Source: a bacterium
GTDB lineage: Bacteria; Margulisbacteria; Marinamargulisbacteria; GCA-2716485; JAYNIM01
NCBI GenBank assembly: GCA_038109055.1
Contig: JAYNIM010000001.1
Coordinates: 299,365 to 363,364 of the forward strand
Reading direction: 5' to 3'
DNA: 64,000 bases
This document shows positions 10,057 to 20,792 of this stretch, one piece after another. Positions within the stretch are counted from its first letter, which is position 1. Each line of letters begins with the position of its first letter. The position numbers were made by a program, and so were the translations under genes. The notes under the pieces were generated by a model. That model was not told the origin of the DNA. It searched no databases and was given only the letters and a program-made list of their open reading frames with translations.

Positions 10057-11616
10057 ATGAAAAAGTTTTATGATGTCATAATTATTGGGGCGGGAATTAA
10101 TGGTGTTTCAATTGCATATGAAATGGGTCTTCGAGGTTTTACTAGCTTAGTTATTGATAAGGGAGATATTTCATCTGGCACTAGTGGTTCTTCCTCTAAA
10201 CTCATTCATGGAGGAGTACGTTATCTTCAATATGCTGCCTTTGATTTAGTCAGAGAATCACTTGTTGAGCAGCAACGTTTACTTTCTAATGCTTCGCATC
10301 TTGTGCGCCCTTTATCATTTATCATGCCCTTGTTTAAGCATGGCATTCCTAGTTGGAAGATGCGCCTAGGTTTTTTCTTATATGATCTTTTATCCTATTT
10401 TCACCCTAAACCAAAACATTCACTTTTGAAACGTTCTGAGGCTATTGACCTCTGTTCTGATTTAAGATCTGCTTCTTTTGATCGTGCTATTCTTTTCCAA
10501 GATGCTCAAATGAATGATTCTCAAATTTGTATTGAGCTTGCAGAAATGGCTCATGATTTGGGCGTTGATATTTCTACTTATACTGAGGCTTTATCACTTG
10601 ATAAAGATACCTCAGGATTATTTAATTTGTCTGGTCAATTTCTTCTTTCAGATAGTACCTTTAACGTTCAATCCCGCTTTCTGATTAATTGTAGTGGTCC
10701 TTGGTGTGATGAATTGCTGCAACGTTTTAATCGAGCGACTACTCCGCATATTTTACCGAGTAAAGGGGTTCATATTTTGACTGATACCTTTAAGGTGGGG
10801 ACTGCATTGGCCCTACAAAACTCTGATGGTCGTTTATTTTTTGCCCTTCCCTGGGAAGGGTTAACATTAATTGGTACTACAGAGACTCCTTGTAATAGTC
10901 CTATTGATTCTCAATGTGTTACACCTGAGGATATTGCTTATCTTAAAGCTGCTGTTAAATTTTCAATGGGAATAGATAACTTACACATCATAAGTAGCTT
11001 TTCCGGTGTTCGACCTTTAGCTCGACGCCGTTCTTATTCTCTTGATTCGACTTCTCGTAGAGAAAAATTTCATCTTTCTGATAATTTTCTCTCTGTCTAT
11101 GGTGGTAAATATACTACCTTTAGACGCATTGCTGAAAAAGCAGCTCACTATGTTCATCGTTTTTTTTCACCTTGTACCCCCTTTAAGTCACTTACAAAGA
11201 ATAACGTTTTTTCTCGATGTATTAGCGTTGAACAAAAAGAAGCTTTCTTAGATAAATTTGCCGATTCTCTTGATGAGAATATTTTCTCTCGTCTGCCTTA
11301 TTTCCTTGATAAATATGGCAGCAAAACCTCGGTTATTTTAGAGTTGCTGGATTCGTACTCTTGGGGTATTGAGCCCTTGTCTGGCTCAGATTGGCTTAAG
11401 ATTGAAGTTGTTTATGTCATTAAGTATTCTTTTTCTAAAAAAATTGAAGATTTTATGCGACGTCGTAGTCTACTTATGTTCCAGGAACAGCATGGCCTCC
11501 AGTGTTTAAATGAGGTTGCCGATATTTTTTCCATTCTACTTGATTGGTCACCTCAACAGAAAACTAAGGAAATTGCCGCGTATAAAGATGCTGTACGTCA
11601 AATGTGTCATGTCTAA
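10057..11616 (+). CDS. glpD: FAD-dependent glycerol-3-phosphate dehydrogenase/oxidase
   Basis: GAGING, SSKLIHGGVRYL, KGVHI, IGTTE, GGKYTTFR. ATG at 10057 (MKKFYD) preferred over the GTG at 10036. Confidence 0.88.
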   Translation: MKKFYDVIIIGAGINGVSIAYEMGLRGFTSLVIDKGDISSGTSGSSSKLIHGGVRYLQYAAFDLVRESLVEQQRLLSNASHLVRPLSFIMPLFKHGIPSWKMRLGFFLYDLLSYFHPKPKHSLLKRSEAIDLCSDLRSASFDRAILFQDAQMNDSQICIELAEMAHDLGVDISTYTEALSLDKDTSGLFNLSGQFLLSDSTFNVQSRFLINCSGPWCDELLQRFNRATTPHILPSKGVHILTDTFKVGTALALQNSDGRLFFALPWEGLTLIGTTETPCNSPIDSQCVTPEDIAYLKAAVKFSMGIDNLHIISSFSGVRPLARRRSYSLDSTSRREKFHLSDNFLSVYGGKYTTFRRIAEKAAHYVHRFFSPCTPFKSLTKNNVFSRCISVEQKEAFLDKFADSLDENIFSRLPYFLDKYGSKTSVILELLDSYSWGIEPLSGSDWLKIEVVYVIKYSFSKKIEDFMRRRSLLMFQEQHGLQCLNEVADIFSILLDWSPQQKTKEIAAYKDAVRQMCHV

Positions 11617-13741
11617 AGAATCTTCTATACGTTCTAATTTATCCTTATTATCACGTTTCTCCAACTTAGAGCCCTCATCCTTCAGGCATTCGTCTTATAT
11701 TGCAGTTGTTAAGGCGAATGGTTATAACCAAGGAAGTTTGTCTATGGTTAAGCAACTTCAAAACTCTCCTTCTTTGGGTTATTTTGCTGTTGGACGTTAT
11801 GAAGAGGCTATTTATTTACGTCATAAGGGCATTTTGACACCTATTATTTTAATGGGCTATACCTTTCCGGATCACTATGAGGCACTTGTTTCACACTCTA
11901 TTACTGTTGTTATTTCAGATTTAGTGCAACTTAAATCCCTTGTTTTTTTTCTTCGTACTTGTCCTAAAAAAATTGATATTTGGTTAAAAATCGATACAGG
12001 TATGCGACGATTGGGCTTGTATTTAGATGCTCTTTCTGAGGTTGTTACGTTGTTACAAGATAACCCTTTAATTGACCTAAAGGGATTTTTGACACATTTT
12101 TCTGTCGCTGATGCTAATAACAGCACTTTTTCTTCCTCCCAGTTATCCTCTTTTATTGATGCGCTCATTCTGTGGGAATCGATGGCCCCTTTACCTTTAG
12201 AACTTAGTTTTTCTAACTCATCTGCGTTTCTTAATTTTGACCATATTTTTTCTCAAGATGTTCGTGCTAAATTTAGTTCTTTTTTATCTGCTCGCCCTCA
12301 GCTCCAACTTTTGCCTAGACTTGGCCTCTCATTACATGGCTTACGCCCTTCTCCCTGTCTTTCATTACCCCATGAGATTCAAAAACCACAGACCTGGACG
12401 ACTGTCTTGCTGCGTTCCTTTGATGGTCACCCCCTTATCCCCTTAGGACGTTTTCATGGTTTAGACGCAAAGTGGCCTTTTGTATCCATTGAAGGCACTC
12501 CCTGCTCTATTCTTTCTGTGTACGATACATTTTCACTTATTGATTTGGGCCGTAGGCATCCCCCTTTATTTTCCACAGTTCATCTTTTGTCTGAATCCCA
12601 AGGTTTAAGCTTGGATGCTATTTCTGAAAAATCACATTTATCTTGTTATGAATTAATGAATCGTATTCAACACACCCCTTATTATTCGCATGAAAGCTTT
12701 GAAGATAGTATCTCGCTTACACCCGATCAAAGTGTTACTAAAATCCTTCTTTCTAAGTCCTCTTTATCCTCCAACTATACTAAGCTGTCTCAGAGGTATC
12801 CTTCTCAATCATTTGCTTTGTCTTTGCAATTTTACGGTTATGGCCATGGGATATTTTCTATGTTGGACAGTCTTAACTGTTATAACCCCAGATGTATTAT
12901 TATTGATACTTTGAATGAAGCCATTCAAATTCGACAACGTGGTTTTTGTCACCATATTCATGTTCTTGAACCTATATATTTACCCCAAGATTTTGATTCT
13001 GCGGTTAGCTATGATCTTGGAATTAGTATATATCATATACAGCAACTTGAGCTTATTTATTCCCATGCAGATAGAGTTAAAAAAAGCTTGCGTATATATA
13101 TTAAAATTTCTTCTTTCCCTACATCCATTGGGATCTCTGTTTCTGATGCCTCTCAACTTAATCCTGATCTATTTTGTTCGTTTAATTTCTTTTATGACTA
13201 TGATAAACAGTATAAAAAGTCCCTGAATATTCTTCGTAAAAAACTAGGCTCACGTGCTCGTTACCACCTCTATAACTTACCGCATCTTCTTCCTATACCT
13301 GATTGGATTGATACTATTAGTAGTCCTTTTATGCTTTATGGCTGCCATCATAGTTTCTCATCTGTACTTTCGTTGATTACAAAGCTTACTCAACGTAAAG
13401 ATGTTAGGGCTGGTGATTTCGTTAGTTATGGGAATACCTATCGATTTTCTAAGGCAACACGCTTGGCTGTTTTACCTTTAGGGTATGCGGATGGGTTTTC
13501 TAATCATGACTTTGTTTGGCCCTATGTGTTACAAAGCTCTCGTCGATATTCTGTTGTAGGTCGTATATGTATGGATCAGTGTATGATTGAAGACTCTGCT
13601 AAATCATTACGCCCGAATATCCCAATCACTGTCATTGGTCCTGGTCTTTCTATTAAAACCTTATCTAAGCAGTTAAATCAGCCCCCTTTAGCTATTTTAG
13701 CTGCTCTTTCTAAACGTATACCTCGTTTTATGTCTACTTAA
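11609..13741 (+). CDS. alr: Tandem (two-unit) alanine racemase-like protein, about 710 aa
   Basis: Unit 1: AVVKANGY, KIDTGMRRLG, THFSVAD, SNSSA. Unit 2: YGYGHG, VSYG, LGYADG, GRICMDQ. Start taken as the ATG overlapping the glpD end. Confidence 0.8.
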   Translation: MSKESSIRSNLSLLSRFSNLEPSSFRHSSYIAVVKANGYNQGSLSMVKQLQNSPSLGYFAVGRYEEAIYLRHKGILTPIILMGYTFPDHYEALVSHSITVVISDLVQLKSLVFFLRTCPKKIDIWLKIDTGMRRLGLYLDALSEVVTLLQDNPLIDLKGFLTHFSVADANNSTFSSSQLSSFIDALILWESMAPLPLELSFSNSSAFLNFDHIFSQDVRAKFSSFLSARPQLQLLPRLGLSLHGLRPSPCLSLPHEIQKPQTWTTVLLRSFDGHPLIPLGRFHGLDAKWPFVSIEGTPCSILSVYDTFSLIDLGRRHPPLFSTVHLLSESQGLSLDAISEKSHLSCYELMNRIQHTPYYSHESFEDSISLTPDQSVTKILLSKSSLSSNYTKLSQRYPSQSFALSLQFYGYGHGIFSMLDSLNCYNPRCIIIDTLNEAIQIRQRGFCHHIHVLEPIYLPQDFDSAVSYDLGISIYHIQQLELIYSHADRVKKSLRIYIKISSFPTSIGISVSDASQLNPDLFCSFNFFYDYDKQYKKSLNILRKKLGSRARYHLYNLPHLLPIPDWIDTISSPFMLYGCHHSFSSVLSLITKLTQRKDVRAGDFVSYGNTYRFSKATRLAVLPLGYADGFSNHDFVWPYVLQSSRRYSVVGRICMDQCMIEDSAKSLRPNIPITVIGPGLSIKTLSKQLNQPPLAILAALSKRIPRFMST

Positions 13742-16584
13742 AAATTTGTTATAGACTGCTTTCTTTTCCAGTTTAAATATCTATTTGCAATAACAATCGC
13801 TTCTGCACAAGTTATGAGTCGTCTAGGGTAAATATCTTTACTAATAAAACTTGTTTTGTCTAGATAATGTGCATATATCCATATATATTTTTGTTCTCTT
13901 ATATTTAAACTACTCCAATCTGTATATTTTGGAATCGTTAGATTTAGATTAATATTTGGATTTTTTTCTTGTATTAATTTTGCTATTTTTATTATATACT
14001 CTATTCTTGTTTCGCTTCTAACGTCATTTTTTTCTACCTCCTGATACGTTTCTTTTTTATTTTTTTTTAATATAATGTTTTGTCTAAAGATTTTTTCTGC
14101 ATTGTTCCTATTTTTTGGAACACAACGCATTTCCACTATATAGTTACCCGCTTTTACAATTTTATTGTTATCATCTTTCTGATTCCAAATGATCTTCTCC
14201 TTTCCTGGAAATAACTCTGTTGTTTCTTTTAATTTTCTTATCTTGTTGCCATCTTGATCCAATATAGAAATTGTTAAGTTATAATTATCATAGTTCCCTA
14301 TGATTTCATACTCAATGGGGTAATCACTCTGTTTATTTTTATCTTCTTTAATCTGTTTTATGAGATAGTCAATTTCATTATTATTGATTGCTTGATTTGG
14401 GTTAAAGTTGTTTGTATAGAATGATGCCGGAAGATAATTTAAATTTCCTAAATTCATAAAATCTAAATAAGCCCAGTGTTCCTTTTTTAATTTTTTCGGT
14501 AGTTTTACGACCTCCTTTTTGTAGGTATCAAATCTTGGTCTCTTTATGATTATTTGTATATCTGAATGGGGAACTTCTTTTAGTAACTCGTTTGTAAAAG
14601 TTTCATTTGAAATCACCTTTTTAAAACTATTTGCAATACCAAATCTTACGATTAGCTCTTTGGACTTTTGGGCTTCAAACCTGGAAAAAAACTGTCCATC
14701 TGAAATTTCAAATTGGACGCCTGTGCTTATACTTAGTTGACTCTTTTTACTAAAAGGAGCCTGTATAACTCCTGTGCCAATAAAAAATTTTAAGGTATCT
14801 AAGCTATTTAAAAAATAATTTATATTGATATCAGAAAAGACATCTTTTTCTATCTTTTTATTGAGAGGATTTTGCTGTATGAGTGTCTTGATGTTTGATA
14901 GACTAAAATCAAAAAAGAGTTTTTGATTTAAGAAAAAATATCCTTTAACACCAAAGCATGATTCATTGATTTCCTCAGCGCTTACATATCCCAAAAAGGG
15001 CATGATTCCATATTCGTATTTTACTTTCTGCAATTCACTTAACTTTCGTCTCAATTGCATGTTTTGTTTCTTGATAGAGTTATAATTATTTGAAATATAA
15101 TTACTTCTGTATTCTGCACGTTTCGTGATGTTATTCAAAGATATTGCTTTTTTTTCTATTTTGTTTAAGAGTTCCCAGTTCTTTTGATTTCCTTTTAAGT
15201 ATGATTTTTCTAGTCGATTAATATCTTTATTTAACATATTCCGCATCCTTAGATAGACGTTAATTTTATAATCTAAGGCTTCTTCTTTATACGTTAAATG
15301 TATTTTTTTCTTGCTTAGGCTTTCATTTAATTTATAATTTCTCTCTTTTTCTTTTTCTAATAATTTGGATTCTTTTTCCATTTCCTTTTCTTTCTTTTCA
15401 ACTATATTCTCCCTTTGATTTGCTAATTCTTCTTTTTTTGCAAGTACATCTTTTGTTTTTTGTATCTCATTTCTTTGTTTTTGAAGTTCCTTTGATATCT
15501 TTAGATTATTTAAGTTACTTTTTGCTATTTGCTTTTGTAATTCTTTCTCTTCATTTTCTATTTTTTCCTTGATTTTTTTTATTTCATTTTTACTCTTTTC
15601 TATGTTTTTCTTTTCTAAGACAATCTCGCTTTGTTCCTCTTCCAACTTTAATTTTTTTTCTTTGATTGTTTTTGTCTTTCTTTCTATTTTTTCCTTTGTA
15701 ATTGCCATTTTTTCTTTTTCTTTTCTTATTTCTTCCTTTTGTTTTAAGATATCTACTTTTATAAAATTCAATTTTTTCTCTTCTTGATTTAGTCCTTTTG
15801 ATTTTCTTTCTAAGATATGTTTAGTTTTTTTAAGATCTAACTCTTTTTCTACTAATGACGCTTCCTTTTCTATAATTAATTTTTTCATTTCATCTTGCTC
15901 TTTATTTTGTTTAATCAGTTCGGCTTCTTTTTTGTTTATAACACTTATTTTTTCTTCTGCTAAAAATAGTAATGCATCTATTTTTTTTGCTTTTAATTTT
16001 AGTTCTTTGATCTTTTTCATTTGTTCTAATTCTTTGTCTTTGTTTGTTATAGCGGCTCTTTTTTGTCTTCTTAATTCATTTTCTGTTTGTTTTATTTTAT
16101 TCATTAACCGTGACTTTTCGTCCTCTAATTTGTCAATTTTGATATTTAATTCCTCTATTTCTATGTTTAGGTCAGTTTCGTTATTCCGTTTTATTTGCTT
16201 ACTAGATTGATCTATGTCAAATGTTCGATTTTCGTCAGCTGATACTATATTAAAGTCATAGGGAACGTTTACTGATGTCTTGTTTTGATTCATAAAAATA
16301 AAGGTAACCGTATTTATACCTTCTTGATAATTGTTATTTTCTATCATTACTTTTTTGACCCACTGCCCCTCCTTTTTTTTCATTTCAATTTGCTTATTGT
16401 TTGCTAATTTTATAAAGACTTTTTTATACGTATCGCTGCACGTTACACTCCAGCTCATTGTTTTATTCATGATTGGATTGACAGGCTTTTTTACAATACG
16501 TATATTTTCAGCGCTTAAGGGAATCACCATGAGGCTCATTATCCCTATAACAGCCATCATTTTTTTAATCATTTTGCTTACCAT
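13738..16584 (-). CDS. Large exported envelope protein: coiled coil, putative beta-barrel, SLH-like and FlgD-Ig-like domains
   Basis: Signal peptide; about 390-aa K/E-rich coiled coil; amphipathic beta-strands; HWAY...FNPNQAINNNE and YPRRLITCAEA SLH-like segments; ISILDQDGNKIRKL...IIWNQKDDNNKIVKAGNY FlgD-Ig-like segment. Confidence 0.65.
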   Translation of the reverse strand: MVSKMIKKMMAVIGIMSLMVIPLSAENIRIVKKPVNPIMNKTMSWSVTCSDTYKKVFIKLANNKQIEMKKKEGQWVKKVMIENNNYQEGINTVTFIFMNQNKTSVNVPYDFNIVSADENRTFDIDQSSKQIKRNNETDLNIEIEELNIKIDKLEDEKSRLMNKIKQTENELRRQKRAAITNKDKELEQMKKIKELKLKAKKIDALLFLAEEKISVINKKEAELIKQNKEQDEMKKLIIEKEASLVEKELDLKKTKHILERKSKGLNQEEKKLNFIKVDILKQKEEIRKEKEKMAITKEKIERKTKTIKEKKLKLEEEQSEIVLEKKNIEKSKNEIKKIKEKIENEEKELQKQIAKSNLNNLKISKELQKQRNEIQKTKDVLAKKEELANQRENIVEKKEKEMEKESKLLEKEKERNYKLNESLSKKKIHLTYKEEALDYKINVYLRMRNMLNKDINRLEKSYLKGNQKNWELLNKIEKKAISLNNITKRAEYRSNYISNNYNSIKKQNMQLRRKLSELQKVKYEYGIMPFLGYVSAEEINESCFGVKGYFFLNQKLFFDFSLSNIKTLIQQNPLNKKIEKDVFSDININYFLNSLDTLKFFIGTGVIQAPFSKKSQLSISTGVQFEISDGQFFSRFEAQKSKELIVRFGIANSFKKVISNETFTNELLKEVPHSDIQIIIKRPRFDTYKKEVVKLPKKLKKEHWAYLDFMNLGNLNYLPASFYTNNFNPNQAINNNEIDYLIKQIKEDKNKQSDYPIEYEIIGNYDNYNLTISILDQDGNKIRKLKETTELFPGKEKIIWNQKDDNNKIVKAGNYIVEMRCVPKNRNNAEKIFRQNIILKKNKKETYQEVEKNDVRSETRIEYIIKIAKLIQEKNPNINLNLTIPKYTDWSSLNIREQKYIWIYAHYLDKTSFISKDIYPRRLITCAEAIVIANRYLNWKRKQSITNF

Positions 16585-16614
16585 TGATTTTTCATAGTAT
16601 TATAACATAACGTA

Positions 16615-18618
16615 ATGTTTAAACTTAATTCTAAATTTAGTCCCTCTTTTTCACAAAAGTCAGCAATTGAACAACTTGATTCTGTTTATGATCAAGGGAT
16701 CCCTTCTCAAATTTTATTGGGTGTTACGGGTTCTGGTAAAACCTTTTCTATGGCCAATCTTGTTGTTAAACGTAATAAGCCTACACTTGTTATAGCTCAT
16801 AACAAAACCTTGGCAGCCCAACTTTATGAAGAATTTTGCCAATTTTTCCCTGATAATTCTGTTTCATATTTTGTATCTTATTATGATTATTATCAACCCG
16901 AAGCCTATTTGCCCTCACGTGATGCTTATATCGAAAAAGAGGCTCAAATTAATAAAGAGATTGAGCGTTTACGCCATAAAGCGACACAAGCCTTAATGAC
17001 TCGTAAGGATGTGATTATTGTGGCGTCTGTCTCTTGTATTTACGGCCTTGGTTTACCTGAAACATATATCAAGAACATGCTTCATCTTAGTGTTGATCAT
17101 GAGTTTAAGTTACGTCATTTGTGCCTCCGTCTGGAGGCCATGCAATTTGAACGTAATGATGTGGAATTTCTGTCTGGTCGTTATCGTGTTAAGGGTGATG
17201 TTTTGGATATTTTCCCTGCATCAGAAGATTTTTTTTATCACCTTGAATTTTTCGGGGATACCTTGGAACGTATCGAACGACGACATGCCGTTGATCAATC
17301 TTGTTTAGAGAGAGTTCTAGAGGCCCATATTTTTCCAGCGACCCATTATTTGCTTGATGAGGATCATCGTCCAGCTATCGAACAGATTCGTCAGGAATTA
17401 GCTGAACGTGTTTCTTTTTTCGAGTCTCTTGATAAAAAAGTTGAAGCCCAACGTATTCAATCTCGTACGTCCTATGATTTAGCCATGCTTGAGGAGATGG
17501 GCTATTGCAAAGGAATTGAAAATTACTCTCAACCTTTGTCGGGTAGAAATCCTGGAGACGCACCTGGCGTTTTGCTTGACTTTTTTCCTAAAGATTTTCT
17601 TACAATTATTGATGAATCTCATGTCACAATGCCTCAACTCAAGGGTATGCACGCGGGTGATCGAAGTCGTAAAACATCGCTTATTGACTATGGTTTTCGA
17701 TTGCCTTCTGCGATTCATAATCGTCCGTTGACCTTGCGTGAATTTGAAGATAAAACGCAGGAAATTCTTTATGTTTCCGCAACACCAGGACCTTATGAGT
17801 TTGAAAAGACCCTTAAACCTAAGGCGACGCACGCTTCTTCAGATTTATGTAATCGCTATTACTTAGTTGAACAGTTAATTCGTCCAACTGGTTTGTTAGA
17901 CCCCGAAATTATTGTCAAAAAAACAACCCATCAAATGCAGGATCTTTATGATGAAATTATGTCTTGTATTAACCGAAAAGAGCGTGTTTTGGTTACAACA
18001 CTAACCAAAAAGTTTGCTGAAAATTTATCTCAATACTTTCAAGAGAAAAAATTGAAATCTCAGTATTTGCATTCAGATATTCAAGCCTTAGATCGTGTAA
18101 AAATTCTTAATGAGTTACGTTCTGGTAAATATGATGTGTTAATTGGCATTAACCTTCTAAGAGAGGGGTTAGACCTTCCAGAGGTTTCGTTGGTCGCAAT
18201 TCTTGATGCGGATAAAGAAGGCTTTTTAAGAAATGAACGTTCATTAATCCAAACCATAGGCCGTGCTGCGAGACATCTTAATGGTAAAGCGATTATGTAT
18301 GCAGATAAAATAACACCTTCTATGAAAGCAGCAATCGATGAAACAGAACGCCGGCGAAATATTCAAATTGCCTATAACGTTGCTCATAATATTACGCCTA
18401 AAAGTATTCAAAAGGATCTTAAACTGGCTGAGTCTTCTCGCGTTATGATGCCGCATATTGATGCCTCTACCCCCTTATCTAAGACTGGCTTTGAGTCTCT
18501 TATTGCACAGTTAACAGCTGATATGAATACAGCCTCTAAAAATCTAGAGTTTGAACTTGCAGCTTCCCTTCGGGATCAAATTGATGATTTAAAAAATAAA
18601 GCGCTTGATTTTTCTTGA
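16615..18618 (+). CDS. uvrB: Excinuclease ABC subunit B
   Basis: GVTGSGKT, YFVSYYDYYQPEAY, IDESH, GINLLREGLDLPEV, QTIGRAAR, C-terminal UVR motif. Confidence 0.97.
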   Translation: MFKLNSKFSPSFSQKSAIEQLDSVYDQGIPSQILLGVTGSGKTFSMANLVVKRNKPTLVIAHNKTLAAQLYEEFCQFFPDNSVSYFVSYYDYYQPEAYLPSRDAYIEKEAQINKEIERLRHKATQALMTRKDVIIVASVSCIYGLGLPETYIKNMLHLSVDHEFKLRHLCLRLEAMQFERNDVEFLSGRYRVKGDVLDIFPASEDFFYHLEFFGDTLERIERRHAVDQSCLERVLEAHIFPATHYLLDEDHRPAIEQIRQELAERVSFFESLDKKVEAQRIQSRTSYDLAMLEEMGYCKGIENYSQPLSGRNPGDAPGVLLDFFPKDFLTIIDESHVTMPQLKGMHAGDRSRKTSLIDYGFRLPSAIHNRPLTLREFEDKTQEILYVSATPGPYEFEKTLKPKATHASSDLCNRYYLVEQLIRPTGLLDPEIIVKKTTHQMQDLYDEIMSCINRKERVLVTTLTKKFAENLSQYFQEKKLKSQYLHSDIQALDRVKILNELRSGKYDVLIGINLLREGLDLPEVSLVAILDADKEGFLRNERSLIQTIGRAARHLNGKAIMYADKITPSMKAAIDETERRRNIQIAYNVAHNITPKSIQKDLKLAESSRVMMPHIDASTPLSKTGFESLIAQLTADMNTASKNLEFELAASLRDQIDDLKNKALDFS

Positions 18619-18656
18619 TTTCTTTTATTTTCTTCCTTTCTGTTATACTTTTGATT

Positions 18657-20738
18657 ATGGTACAAATTTTAAAAAACATTGATAATTCTCTTGATACTTC
18701 TTATTTAGAGGACTTAAATCCAGCACAGCGAAAGGCTGTGGAGTTTGATAATGGTCCCTTACTTGTTATTGCAGGGGCTGGTTCTGGTAAAACTAAAACA
18801 CTTGTCTACCGGGTTGTTCGACTTGTGTCGACAGGTATCCCCCCTGAGAAAATTTTACTATTAACCTTTACCCGTAAATCAGCTCAGGAGATGTTGACTC
18901 GTGCGTCTAAAGTACTGGATCAACGTTGTCACGATGTAGCAGGTGGGACTTTTCACGCCTTTGCGACCCTTATTCTGCGGGAGTTTTCACAAACGCTAGG
19001 ATTTAATTCACAATTTATTATCCTTGATCGTTCTGATGCCGAAGATATCTTGCAATTATTACGCAAAAACTACAAGGCGCTGTTAACTGAAAAACGTTTT
19101 CCCAAAAAAAATACACTTTTGGATATTATTGGTAAGTGTTTAAACACTCAGTCTTCTATTTCTGATGTGCTGCAAACGCACTACCCACAGTTTCTTGATT
19201 ATGTTGAGGAAATCACGGCTATTTCAGCTGCTTACAAACAAAAGAAAAAAGACATGCAGGTCATGGATTATGATGATCTTTTAATTTATTTGGATGACTT
19301 ACTTAAACAGAATGATGACGTACGCAGAATACTCCAACAACGTTTTAAATATATTATGGTTGATGAGTACCAAGATACAAACCGTATTCAGTCTTCGATT
19401 TTGTTTAATTTAGTTGATTCCCAACGAAACTTGATGGTAGTTGGTGATGATTCACAAAGTATCTATTCCTTTAGAGGTGCTAATTTTAAGAATATCATGT
19501 CTTTTGAAGAACAATATCCCGGTACAACTCGTATCATGCTTGAACAGAATTACCGGAGTAAATCTCCTATTTTAGATCTTACCAATGCGGTCATAGCCCA
19601 AGCACGTGAAAAATTCACGAAAAACCTTTTTACGGAGCAGGGGGATGGTTCTAAGCCTTTTTATATTGAAACAGATAATGAAGGTCAACAATCTCGTTTT
19701 GTATGTCAGAAAATTTTAGAACTTAGAGAATCTGGTATCTCCTTGAGTAGAATCGCTATTTTAGTGCGCTCTGGTTGGCACTCTAATGATCTTGAGCTTG
19801 CATTGCAATCCCATGATCTTCCTTTTGTTAAATTTGGTGGGTTTAAATTTATTGAAAGTTCTCATGTTAAAGACTTGGTTGCTTTTTTTCGTTTAACTCT
19901 TAATCCTGCAGATATCCTTAGTTGGCATCGTGTTTTGCTTTTGTTAGATGGTGTTGGGCCTAAATCTGTACAGGTCTTTTTGGATACCTTGGCTCAAAAT
20001 AATTTTCGAGTTGATGCAAGCTTGTTGTCTCCTTTCCGTCAAAAAGCTTATTTTCAACAGTTATTACCTTTGATTGATCTGTTGATTACGTTGCACTCGC
20101 TTGATCCAAATCCCTCATCCTTGTTACCTCGTATTTTGACCTACTATTTACCTATTTTTAAACAACGCTATGATAATTTTAAGAAACGAGAAGCAGATCT
20201 TGATTCCTTTGAAGGTATTTGTCAACGCTACAAGGATCTAAATACCTTACTTACAGATATGAGTCTTGACCCCCCTACCTCTTCCCAAATTGGATCTGAA
20301 GCGGCCCCAATTGATCAAGAATTTTTGACAATTTCGACCATCCATTCTGCAAAAGGGCTAGAGTGGCATAGTGTTTTTTTGCTTTCTGTCTTAGATGGCT
20401 ATCTACCGTCTTTTCAATCCATGGGAGATATGTCCCAGCTCGAAGAAGAACGTCGATTGCTTTATGTCGCGTTAACACGTGCGGAAGAGAATCTGTATAT
20501 TCTCAAACCAAATTCCTCTTCAGCATCTTTTCGCCAACAGTATCAAGGCATGCAGTTTTCTCAAGTTAGTCGTTTTCTTTCAGAGAATGACATCATTGGT
20601 AACTATGCCCAAAGATCCTATGTTGAGTCGGAAGATTCGGGATTTAAAACGCGACAAATTAGTCAACAGCGAAATGACGATAATGTTCTTTTTTCTTCTA
20701 AGAAAGACAGGGAAGATACACGAAAGTTTTATTTTTAA
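18657..20738 (+). CDS. UvrD/PcrA/Rep family ATP-dependent helicase
   Basis: AGAGSGKT, VDEYQD, VGDDSQSIYSFRGA, LEQNYRS, STIHSAKGLEW, EERRLLYVALTRA. Start at ATG 18657. Confidence 0.93.
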   Translation: MVQILKNIDNSLDTSYLEDLNPAQRKAVEFDNGPLLVIAGAGSGKTKTLVYRVVRLVSTGIPPEKILLLTFTRKSAQEMLTRASKVLDQRCHDVAGGTFHAFATLILREFSQTLGFNSQFIILDRSDAEDILQLLRKNYKALLTEKRFPKKNTLLDIIGKCLNTQSSISDVLQTHYPQFLDYVEEITAISAAYKQKKKDMQVMDYDDLLIYLDDLLKQNDDVRRILQQRFKYIMVDEYQDTNRIQSSILFNLVDSQRNLMVVGDDSQSIYSFRGANFKNIMSFEEQYPGTTRIMLEQNYRSKSPILDLTNAVIAQAREKFTKNLFTEQGDGSKPFYIETDNEGQQSRFVCQKILELRESGISLSRIAILVRSGWHSNDLELALQSHDLPFVKFGGFKFIESSHVKDLVAFFRLTLNPADILSWHRVLLLLDGVGPKSVQVFLDTLAQNNFRVDASLLSPFRQKAYFQQLLPLIDLLITLHSLDPNPSSLLPRILTYYLPIFKQRYDNFKKREADLDSFEGICQRYKDLNTLLTDMSLDPPTSSQIGSEAAPIDQEFLTISTIHSAKGLEWHSVFLLSVLDGYLPSFQSMGDMSQLEEERRLLYVALTRAEENLYILKPNSSSASFRQQYQGMQFSQVSRFLSENDIIGNYAQRSYVESEDSGFKTRQISQQRNDDNVLFSSKKDREDTRKFYF

Positions 20739-20792
20739 TCGCTTAATTTTAAAGTATCGTTGATTTACTTAGTTTTACGTCTTCTTAAACGC

